Positions 11,936 through 22,515 of a DNA stretch of 64,000 nucleotides are shown piece by piece (position 1 is the stretch's first letter; every line of letters begins with the position of its first letter). The notes beneath the pieces were generated by a model. The model was not told the DNA's origin, searched no databases, and saw only the letters and a list, made by a program, of their open reading frames with translations. The stretch is from positions 7,688,001 through 7,752,000 of the forward strand of contig CM102283.1 in the NCBI GenBank assembly GCA_046563655.1, in the 5' to 3' direction. Position numbers and translations under genes: made by a program. This DNA comes from Yuukianura sp. NJ FZ-2021 (taxonomy: Eukaryota).

Positions 11936-13669
11936 TATTATTCGTCTGAATTAGGGATGTGGACGACAGAACAAGATTTGGTAGGATGGCAGAGCCTGGA
12001 ACATCAACTTGATTGAGATTGAAGACGCGATGGTGACAAAGAGCTTTTGCAAAGTTCCACTCTGTCAGTAAGTTGTCCACACAAGGCTTTCAAGAATCAG
12101 TCAACGCCTTTCGTCAGGATAAACATCATTCCAGGCAGTCAAGCTCCGTGACAAGGCGGTGTTCACAGTTGACTCCAGCTCCCGAAACCTGTCAAGAAAC
12201 AACAGGTAAAGCAATTAATAAGAGGCTTTTCATTAACTAAAACAATTTTCATGTTCCGTTTGAATTTTATCAAATAAGGTTAACTCAATACTTGGGAAAA
12301 TAAAATTCAAAATAAGATTCAAAATACATGCAAAATCGCAAAAAGTGTTGATACAGTAGGAACGGAAAAGTTATAATCGTTGTCATTAAGGAATTTGGAG
12401 TTGACAGTTTTATTGCTGTTGTAGAATGGTGCTGCTGGCACAAAAAACAACAAAGGCGATAGAAAGTTGACACCATATCATCGTTCCTCCATCCTCACTT
12501 GGTTACTTTTCGTTATACAACTGCATTCTTTGTTTCCTTCATTTCGCGTAGCATAACTTCTCGAATTTTGTAGTTTCTTAACAAAATTCCTCGCATGAGA
12601 GCTCAAAAAAAAGAAAAAGTTAACTTGTTCAGTAGAGGATTCTTTGGTTTCGTTTCAAAACGCTGCGCTACAACAGAAGTTTTTTTTACAACCGTAAAAC
12701 TAACTTTACTTTGGTCGTAAAAAGTACCGCCCACCCACTGCCCGTGCCCGCCCGCATTCCAGCTGCGTTTTCTCGGAGAAATGAGGGAAAGACTTCCTGA
12801 CGAACTAAATACCATTGTGAGAGCTGAGGCCCAATAAAGTCTCCCCAGCCAACACCGATCAATAAAGATCCGAAGATCTCTCTCCCTTTTCCAATCTAAC
12901 AATACAAAAGGGACTTTACATGAAAGGAACTCCAGAAAAACAGAAATTGTAACGTCGTCGGTGACAGTAGCCGTGTCAATTAAATTCAGAACGTCGACAC
13001 GGACGGTGATACCGACTGAGACAAAAGTTGTTTGTACAGTTACTGTGCTACGGTAGTAGTGTCCTAAATCGGCCAAGGACATTTTGCCATTTCAGGAATG
13101 GAAAGCGAAACGGAATCCTAAAAACGAACCTTTGATCTCCTCCTGTTTATGTGGCTAGTGGTCGCTAGTGTGGTTTGCAGCGACTTGATTTCTGTGAATG
13201 GAAAAGGTAAAGCACATGTACTTATTATCGTCGTTATGAAATACTGAAAAAAAGTGACGGTGCTAATAGTTAGGTTGATAATTATCTTGATAATGAACAC
13301 TTAGATGCTACAAAGCAACTAAACAACAGAGGACTTAAAATCTATTCAGTAATCGGATTCGGATCTCAATAGTTCACTCAATTGAAGATGAAGTAACTGA
13401 CCTGCAAGTTAACGTACCCTTCCTCTTCAGCACTAGAGTAAAATGGCGAGCTCCAATTTCCACTTGATTATAGTCGAAATGTACACTGATTACATTCTTG
13501 GTCACTGGTCAATGTAGCCCGGTAGGAGTCTTAAGAAAAACAACAAATCAAAAGATGTTATGAATGAATCTTCAAAAAATTACACTAAAACAAATGACAA
13601 AGAGGAACTTTAGAACTAAAATCAAACAAAACAACAACAAAGCCAATTTTAAAATTATTTTTCTGTTGT

Positions 13670-13801
13670 TGACTTCCCGCCAAAACTTTAGCAACAATGT
13701 AAACGTGAGACTAATCAAAAACGTGAAGAAATTTGAATTTCTAATTATTGTCGCGCGAAAATTTGAAATTCAATTTCTTCGATTGAATATTTCTATCGAT
13801 T
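13670..13801. promoter_or_regulatory. Probable bidirectional promoter between HMCES (-) and DDAH-like (+) with E2F-like, CHR-like and DRE motifs
   Basis: TTCCCGCCAAAA at ~13674-13685; GCGCGAAAA followed directly by TTTGAA at ~13753-13767; TATCGATT (DRE, WATCGATW) at 13794-13801. Lies between two divergent genes. Confidence 0.5.
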
Positions 13802-14047
13802 TAACATTCCATTCTCCTTTCTTTGTTCTTCAGCAAGTCCGATTTTCATTAAGTTTTGCCCTTGAAGTACTAACATTTCAATCTGTTTGAAATTTTTTAA
13901 TTGTGTTTATTACCGATTTGTTTTAGATGGCGACCTGCGGAAAGTAAGAAAACGTTACTTTGGATTTTCAGTGCATTGGAATTTACGATTATAAGCGGGG
14001 AGCGGAATTACGTTACTTGGAACATTAAAGACGTCTTTCAGTTGAAC

Positions 14048-15319
14048 ATGTCGCTTCTCCCGGCATTTCGCTACACGGAAGCAATTCTCTGCCGAGTTCC
14101 GGACACAATTCCGTTACTAAGCAATAGCAACAGCGGTACACCGGAGAAAAACGGCGAAAAGAAGAAAGCAAAGAAGAAGACTACCGTGACTACTGTGGCT
14201 AACGGAGTTGGCAAGGAAAATGCTGACAGCGATTCCAAGGTTGATCTCGTCAAGTGTCGAGCAGAGTACGAAGGCCTAGTTGCAGTTCTCCGGGAAATTG
14301 GACTTGACGTTGTGGAGTTACCACCAGACAATGCTTGCCCAATGTCATTCCTCGTTGGCGACATTGCATTTGTACTCAATGGAATGGGATTTGTCACCCG
14401 CCCCAAATCTGACAAGCGACAAGTTGAGGTTACTATAGACTGATTAACCAAATTTACTTCATTTTACAAAAGCTTAAACTTACCGTAACCTGAATAACAT
14501 GATTGATTTCCAGGTTAACACAATTCGGACGATGCTCAAGAATGAGCTAGACATTCCAGCAGTTGTGGTGGATGACGAAAAAGCTTTTATCGAAGGAGCT
14601 GATATTTTGTTCACAGGTGAATAAATTAAAAGTTTACGTAATTCTAAAGTTATACCCTTAAATGCTGACTTAATTGCGAATGTTTACTTAATTAAATAGG
14701 TCGAGAACTATTTGTTGGAATATCCGACCACACAAATGTAGCGGGAGCACGATTCCTGGCAAAAACTTTCCCAGAATATCCATGCAGCCCCATCACGGTA
14801 ATCAACTTTTAATAACGTTTAAGTTTTAAATTTTCAACTAGCCAATGTCTAAACTCTGTGTAATATTTTCAAATATTTAATAGCTGCCAGGACCATTCCA
14901 TTTAACTCACTACGTCAACATGGCATCACCGGATGTCATCTGCGTCAGCTCCGGACCGGAGGCTCAAGATGTGATTAAAGTAATTAAATACTATGCTAAA
15001 TGTCCAACACTTTTCTTCAAAACTATTTAAATCTTGTGTTTCTACTTTAATGAATCCTCAGAGAATGGAACGAGAAGCCAGTTTTGACTACCAGAAGTTG
15101 ACAGTGTCCGAAGACAACGCTTCGAACATTCTGTTCGTCAATGGACATTTGATTCACTTGTCCCCCGTTGAAATTCCGGGGTCATACAAAGTTTTTTCCG
15201 AGAAACTGAACGTTCCAAGGAAAGTCATTGACCTCACAGAACTTTCAAAACTCTCAGCAAATATGTCACGTTTGGTCATTCTGCTCAACAAGTCGAAGAA
15301 GAAATCTGTTCGACCTTAA
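14048..15319 (+). CDS. Dimethylarginine dimethylaminohydrolase (amidinotransferase fold) family protein, 311 aa, catalytic residues apparently degenerate
   Basis: Exons 14048-14428, 14514-14616, 14700-14797, 14884-14979, 15062-15319 (936 nt, GT-AG). Motifs FRYTEAILCRVP, LREIGLDVVELPPD, IEGADILFTGRELFVGISDHTN, FPEYP, HLTHYVNMASPDVI, NILFVNGHLIH, DLTELSK. Confidence 0.88.
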
Positions 15320-15977
15320 TAAGCGACACTCAGCTAAATATTTTTCAACAAAAACAATCTTCACTCTGCTTCTGTCCTTGCCAGTACTAACACTTTCAGA
15401 TTAGTATTCGATACACCTCAAAATAGATTTTGCTCAAGATGAAGACTAACGTTAGAACCCCCCGTGTCATAGACGTCGACGCAGCTAGATATAAATCAAT
15501 TAGTAATTGACAACCAACATAACCATGATAGTAACACAGTTTGCTCTGTTTTCCATAGCAGTCCATTTTTTGGGCTTAAACACAAACACGCTGTACAAGC
15601 ATACACTTAGAATTTAGTATAACGTAACTTTGAGATTCACCCAAATGAATTTGTGATGAAACAATGTTAGTCCGAATACTCATTAAATTAACAAACCATT
15701 AAAAAAATCACAAGAAAACATGTTTTAAAAAAACGAGTTTTAGGGATGTTGACCCAGCATGAGAACAACGCTGAAATATCAAATGGCTTGATTAATACAA
15801 AGTTGTTAACAGTCCAAAACAACGCCAAACATTTTGGCCGTGATCCAAATGCATTCTGATATAAGATAGGTTTTTAACTCGTTTGGAATTGATTTTCCGG
15901 TTATTCAACTGCTGAAGTGTACCACAACGTATTTTTCAAATTGATTCATGTCAGTATCTCACAGAACTTAATTCGAG

Positions 15978-16926
15978 ATGGACTATTTACATTACTTATT
16001 GATTGTTCTAACTTTTTCAAGTTTTGTTTTTCCTAAACCTAATCCTACTCGAACTAGAACAACGCAAAGGAATTTCAGTTTCGCAATTCCCGCATTCCTC
16101 TTAGGAAATGGCGGTGGAATTGGGAACGTCAATCCAAATGGCATCAACAATGGAAACCTACCCAACTTCAATACCAATTCTAATGCTGATCAAAACACAA
16201 ACAATGTCAACTTTGGAAACAATTTACTACGACAAGCAACCGTGACACGAACAGTTCTCAGCACTGTAGCGACAGTTACAGTACAAGTATACCGAACATG
16301 CACAACAACTGCAGCTAACTTTCTGCCTTGCGGACAAGCACAGCAAGGACGAAGGAAGAGAAGTGTCGACGGAATTGACGTCATACCGGCATCCACCGCA
16401 GCCATCTTGGAAACTACACTAATAGATCCATCAAAAGTACTTGATCAACATTTAGCTACCAAAAATGTATCAGTACAAGCTGAATCTAGCTCAGAAACGA
16501 ACGGGAACTACAGTTACACAACAGACGTACCAAACACAGCCACACTGTATCCATCGGAAGCTACAGCGACAAATTCAGTAGAATTTACGGATACTACTCT
16601 ACCATACTTGGAAACGGCGACATCCAGAACTCCTGAACTCTTTGCCGACGACATCGACGCTGACCAAGCAAGAATAAATTTGGGCATGGGTATACGAACA
16701 ACAACGGTAAGCCGAATTATACAAAAAACGAAAATGTGCAGGACAGACAATCAAAATGGCTAACTTGCGCTACTCTTTTTCATTGTTTCAGATTATAAGA
16801 ACGGTTCCAGTGACAGCCATTGTGAATTCTACAGTTACAGGAGGAGCCAACAACATGCTTACATTGACAGTCCAATTCGGAGGATGCTCACCGCCAGCAC
16901 TTCCATTGACTTTATCCGCATGTTAA
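15978..16926 (+). CDS. Secreted Thr/Asn-rich protein (287 aa) with furin site and four cysteines
   Basis: Exons 15978-16706 and 16792-16926. Hydrophobic signal peptide MDYLHYLLIVLTFSSFVFP, G/N-rich segment, TCTTTAANFLPC then GRRKRS, Thr-rich spacer, C-terminal GGCSPPALPLTLSAC-stop. Confidence 0.8.
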
Positions 16927-17275
16927 TCCACATCCGGTTTTTGCTGACTGTTAACTGCAAATATTATTTGTTTTTTCCTTGAGATATTAAATGAATGACA
17001 TTAAAGTTAACTCGTCTTCATAACATTGCATTGCGAGTCTCATCTCACTTTTCTCTCAACCTTTTAACCCTAGCGGGATCTACGATGAATTTAAAAATTT
17101 GTTGTGTGGAATCCGGTTTTTCAATTTTCATCAATGTCCTGTCCTCACATGCTGATTTTAAATTTTACACTCAATTAGTTGGACCTAGACTTGGTATTGA
17201 CGTTAATTAGTTCCAGGAACTTCACCGGTAACCTTTCTCCGTTTACCTAAGTTGACTAGGACGGAAAAATCTATT

Positions 17276-18136
17276 ATGTGGTCGGACACAATTCTAATCC
17301 TGGTAATTTCTTTGGTCACTGCGTTTTTTGGGGAAGGTAAAACGAAAAATTTAACAATTTTTTCAACCACGATACCTTGCATTCAAACTTGGAACGTTTT
17401 AGTAACGATTAATATACTGTTTTGTAGGGGTGACTTACTTAATGGTATACCGGACAGACAAATACCAAAAATTAAAGCAAGAAGTGGAACGACAATGTAA
17501 AAAGTGTAAGTTTTACTAACCTTGATTAACCGCCTACTGTTTTCCGGACCTTGTTGAAAACTTAGTCAATTACTTTTGATTTCAGTGGAAAAACGAAAGG
17601 AGACGACAGGCGAATCAGTCATCATCAAAAACCAAAAGAAGAAATTGGAACGTGAAGAAGAAAAGTTGAAAACAAACACGAGAGACTTGTCCATGGTCAA
17701 AATGAAATCCATGTTTGCAATTGGAATTGCATTTACAGCCCTGCTCAGCATTTTTAATTCAATGTAAGTAATCCACCTAAATCACTCTTTGTCGAAGATT
17801 AATGAATTGAAATAAGCCCGTTTCATACCTAACGACAGATTCGATGGAAGAATTGTTGCGAAACTGCCCTTCGTCCCAATTTCCTTCCTTCAAGGGATCT
17901 CTCACAGGAATTTGCCTGGAACAGACTACACTGACTGCAGTTTCATCTTCCTTTACATCCTCTGCACAATGGCTATTCGTCAAGTAAGCTCACCTTAACC
18001 TATCTAAGTTAAACCAAATGATTCTCTATCTTCCTATTCCATCTTCCAGAACGTCCAGAAACTTCTTGGCTTTGCCCCATCAAGAGCCGTTTCAAAACAA
18101 TCCGGCAGTATGTTTGGACAGCCACCAACGAAATAA
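17276..18136 (+). CDS. TMCO1: Calcium load-activated calcium channel / TMCO1 (182 aa)
   Basis: Exons 17276-17336, 17428-17505, 17586-17763, 17839-17983, 18050-18136 (549 nt). Motifs MWSDTILI, VYRTDKYQKLK, RDLSMVKMKSMFAIG, FDGRIVAKLPFVP, GLSHRNLPGTDYTDCSFIFLYILCTM, RQNVQKLLGFAPSRA. Confidence 0.96.
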
Positions 18137-18331
18137 ACCAATTCAAAACGAATCCAGAACTCATCCAGTCAACAGTGAACAATTGCCATTGAACCCTAAC
18201 TGTACATCACAGATGAGAGAAGCAATAAATCATGTTGTGTCTAACAGTGGAACCAGAGGAACAACATCAACCATGCTTAATGCCATTCCAATGTCACTGT
18301 TGATTGCTACGCAAGGTACTCTTGCCATGGA

Positions 18332-20383
18332 CTAGACAATATTCTGCTCCTTTACTTCCTTTCCAACAACGAACCTCTCAAAATGGAATTTGGTAAGATC
18401 AATTGTCACAAACTCACCATCCAGGATCATCTCCATCATAGCTCGTCCAACGGCCGGAGCTTGCTGAATTCCATGACCACTGAATCCACAGGCAATGTAC
18501 ATGTTAGGATAATACGGATGAGGTCCAATGATTCCGTTCTGATCGAAACTATTATAATCATAGTAGCCCGCCCAGGCCGATTTCATCTAAAAACTCAAAC
18601 AGTTAAGAACTTTGATCATCCTCAAACCAGTTTACCCTTACCTTGATATTTTCGAATGCTGGAACACGGTGGGCAATATTAGGCCAAACAATGTTATCAA
18701 AGTAAGTATAGTCAACTTCCAGCGTTTCTGTATTTGGTTCGTCAGCGAGTGGTGGCGACTGTCCAGCCAAGTAGTGGTTCGCTAGCCCTTCTCGTCTGGA
18801 ATAAGCAAACGACATCCAGCACATTTCATAATTTTCTAAATTCTGGAGCTCAGTACCTGAAATACGCTCCACTTGGATCAACCACCAATGGACAATCTAG
18901 ACCAGGACCATCCGGACCATGGAAGCAATACACGTATCGTTTCCTAATAAAAAAAAACGTTATTAAGTGTCATCGGTGCTACAAAATGCTAAAGAATTTT
19001 CCTAACCTGGCTTCTACCGGGAGCGGAACGCTGAGAATTCCAGGTTTCTTGCCTATCCTGGCCATTTCAGCAATTTTTCCAGACTCATGTCCAGCCGCTA
19101 GAACTACATTGGCGAACTTGATACTTTTGTGTTCTCCACTCGGGGTTTTGACTATGACTTTGTCAATGCCTTCATGCCTCTCTCCTTCTTCCATTCCAGC
19201 CATAGTGTACATACTCTCTTTGAACTCAAAACCAATCACATCCGCCTTGACATACTCTACTCCAAGGGAAATTGCTTTTTGCTTAAACGATGTCAGGAGA
19301 CTCCAGGGATCAAACCTTGGTATCCATCCGAATTTAGAACTGTTTGTACTGGACAAGTACAACTCCCGAATAGCAAATTCTAAGACTTACCATCCCTCAT
19401 TTTCAACACCGTGCGTAGCCAGCTCGATTCCGTCTGTGTTTATCCAGGGAAACTTTTCCTTTAGCTTGTTCGGTGATAACAGTTCTATCTTCGCACCCAA
19501 CCTCCTGAAATTCATAAATCAAAGTTTTTAGAACATTCTTGACCTTGATTGAACAAGGAGTAAAGCAATGGCTTACGTCTGAAGTTGCCAGTTCGTCTGG
19601 AGTTGTTGTGCTCCCGCCTGACTAGCCTAGATAACATTGTAGAACATTAGTTTTCCACATTACAAATCTCAATTAATAATTGACCTTAAACTTGCTACTT
19701 ACGAGGAATAGATATCCTTGGGGGTTAAACTGGACGTCAGGAGATGGGCATCCGTCAACTGCCAGTAGTTCTGGGAGTTTGCGCAGAAACTCGGCACTGT
19801 ACAGGGACATTTGAATGTTTTCTTCCAGGGAGAACTGCTGACGGAGTCCACCTACTGACAACACTGTGGAAGAGCGTGTATACTGAAAATAAAACAGGCC
19901 AGCATAAGACATTTGTCTTCAGAAACATTTTTTTCACATGTTTGGACTACTTACGCTTGGATCTTTCTCAATGACCATGACACGGAGATCGTCATTTGGA
20001 GCCCTTTGCTTAATCCAGTAAGCAATTGACGATCCCATGACTCCTCCTCCGATGATACAAATGTCTACATGACTTGAAAATTCTAACTGCGGTGGCTGGT
20101 ACGGGTCGAACGCAGACTTGATGTCATGCAACAAAATTCTATGTGTCCGTTTAAATGGATTCTCAAACGGAACCTTTGGAACTTCACCGCCAATTTCCTA
20201 AAACGATTTACAAAATTAAAATTTACACAATACAGTTAACATTTTATAATAAAATAATTTGTTTTATACCATATTTAAACTTACATGGTCTCTGGCTGAA
20301 AGGAAAGAACTTCGGCACACTCCCCTCGATAAGGATTTTGATACAGTCGGATGTACATATCTTCGCAGTACTTTTGTCAGCAT
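18332..20383 (-). CDS. FOXRED1: FAD-dependent oxidoreductase domain-containing protein 1 (complex I assembly factor), 496 aa
   Basis: Nine exons complement(20285-20383, 19955-20197, 19703-19882, 19577-19626, 19391-19504, 19007-19315, 18857-18943, 18642-18795, 18332-18586), 1491 nt. Mitochondrial-type basic N-terminus, [66 protein letters not shown]. Confidence 0.95.
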
Positions 20384-20604
20384 TTTAAAAAATTTAGAAA
20401 TTCAATTCCTGAAATCAAAAATACAGTATTATCCAATTTTAATTCCACTTGAGATTAAAGTTTTACTCAGCACTTCAGATGAAGTTGAGTAAGCGCGAGA
20501 AGCAAAGCAAAAGCAGACAGCAAAAGCGGAGTAAAATCAAAATTTAGTGACACTTTTATTTATAGTTGCTGAAAAAGTACAAAACATGTTATTTGTATAA
20601 CTTT

Positions 20605-22515
20605 TTATGTTGAAAACTGCTTAACTAAACTGTCCAACTCCTCACATCGTACTTTAATTGACATCTTCTGATACTGTTCTGCACCCCACAACAGTAACAG
20701 ATGAAATTCTGTTCTAAATATATCTGTCAGGATAACGTCAAACTCATACGTAGAAGATTCATCCAGCAGGCGTTCCAGATTTCTATACTGGACACTTTCC
20801 CAATTGCTCAAATTTCGCAGATCTTTTAGATGTCCAGTAAAGAAATCCAGTTGCGTCGCTTCTCCAGTAACACAAGAAACTGGCAGTATTTCCAGCGAAT
20901 CTTCCAATACAAGAGCAGCAGGTAGAAGATCTGGAATGGTTGTATTTGGCGGATAGGTTTCAGTTCCTGAATCATAGATAATGAATAACTTAATTAATAA
21001 ATTAACATTAACTTTAATAACTTCAACTTAATTGTTTCTAACCTCTCAGTAGTCCTTGGAACGCCAATCGCAGACTAGTTTCAAAAGTGAACGTTGACGC
21101 CGTAAATTCTTGTCTGAGTTTCATCCAATTGATTTTTCCATCCAACCTTGTAATTTGTGGCATCAAAAGTGCTCTCATAATTGAACAAAACGAAAAGAAG
21201 TTTCCAACTCCCGTTTTCAGTTCATTGGCCACGGTGATCCATTTGTTAAGCATAGTTTCTGGTTCAGAACAAGTTAAAGTTGTAACCACGACAAAATGAG
21301 AAAGTGTAAATGATCTTTCGATGACATGGTTCCAGCGATGTGCTGAACTGTGACAAAGACGATCATAGATGCCACTGTTTCCCATGAAATCATTCTTTTC
21401 ACTGGAAATGTGCTTCGGAGATTCTGAATCATCGTCATATCCACTGTCGCTGAATCCTTTCGAAAGAAGTTCCCAGTCCAATTTGGTCAAATGAATTGAA
21501 ATTAGTCTGTCACTTGTTTCCAGAATTCTTGATGTAACAACCTAATCAGAAAACAATCAAACTTTAACATTTTAAACTTTAATTTTGTCTACATATTGGT
21601 TCCATACGTTTAGTAAATCAGGATCCATTTTGATATCAACGTCTTCCTTGTTCGTAGGAATCAAAATACTGTGAAACGTGCTCAAATCGTAACAACTTTC
21701 TGACGTTTCCTGCTCCACTTCTTTAAATTTTTCACAGAGCTTCAGTATTCTTGTCGGTACTTCTTCTAATTCTTCGAGTAGTCCAGTAGGCGGAGTCAAG
21801 TTCAGCGATTGATGACGCAGACGCTCCAACGTCGAAATTTTTTCTATTCGAGAATGAACTGGTACTGGCTGCACTTCTGCTGTCATGATCGTAACGTAGT
21901 CACCACGCATGCTCTGGTTGTCAGCTATCGCTGATCTCTGAATCGGTGTTGACCGTGTTCTAAAAAATTTCAAATTCACAAAATCTGATATATGAAAATA
22001 CAGCTTTTTCGGTAAATTTCAAAATTCGACAATCTAACCTGGGACTATGAATCAGAGCTCCAGAGACGCTGGAAATTGGAATTCCACTACCAACGTGGTA
22101 TGTGATCAAATCCGAAACGGTGTCAAAATGCTCATTTTCAAATCTGTAGCTCAGTTTTTCATAAATCGTGTCCGGTTGAAAAACGTCCTAAAAGTTCAAA
22201 AATCATTATTCAAAAAAGTAGTTATTCAGTTTTTACAAAGTGAAAACTCACCCGATGGACAAGAAAATGGAGATTTTTGCCTTTCCAGCGACATGACAGC
22301 ACATAGTCACCGGATCTTCCAGAACTTGTACAGTCCCTCACTAGAAAATCACCATCACTTTGCAGTAGTGTTTCTGCCGTTTGTCTTGACACGTTCCCGT
22401 GATACCAAGCATGGGCCCTTAAATCTCGACTGTCAAGGGCCAGTTCCCATTCCAAAATAGTCTGAATCTCACTTTTCCCACACACGCCTCCTGCATATCC
22501 CACTTCCGAACTCAT
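20605..22515 (-). CDS. BCAR3/SH2D3C (NSP family)-like protein: SH2 plus RasGEF-like domain, 541 aa
   Basis: Exons complement(22252-22515, 22039-22187, 21608-21959, 21043-21541, 20605-20966), 1626 nt. Motifs LEWELALDSRDLRAHAWYHG, DGDFLVRDC, WITVANELKTGVGNFFSFCSIMRALLMPQITRL, PPNTTIP, FRTEFHLLLLWG. Confidence 0.9.

Noticed and set aside
12100-12188. Coding-looking stretch FRELESTVNTALSRSLTAWNDVYPDERR upstream of HMCES as a uORF
   Set aside because: No in-frame ATG locally or in the candidate upstream exon, which has a stop in that frame.
18734-19531. 265-aa + strand ORF
   Set aside because: Antisense to FOXRED1 exons, TTG start, no recognisable motifs.
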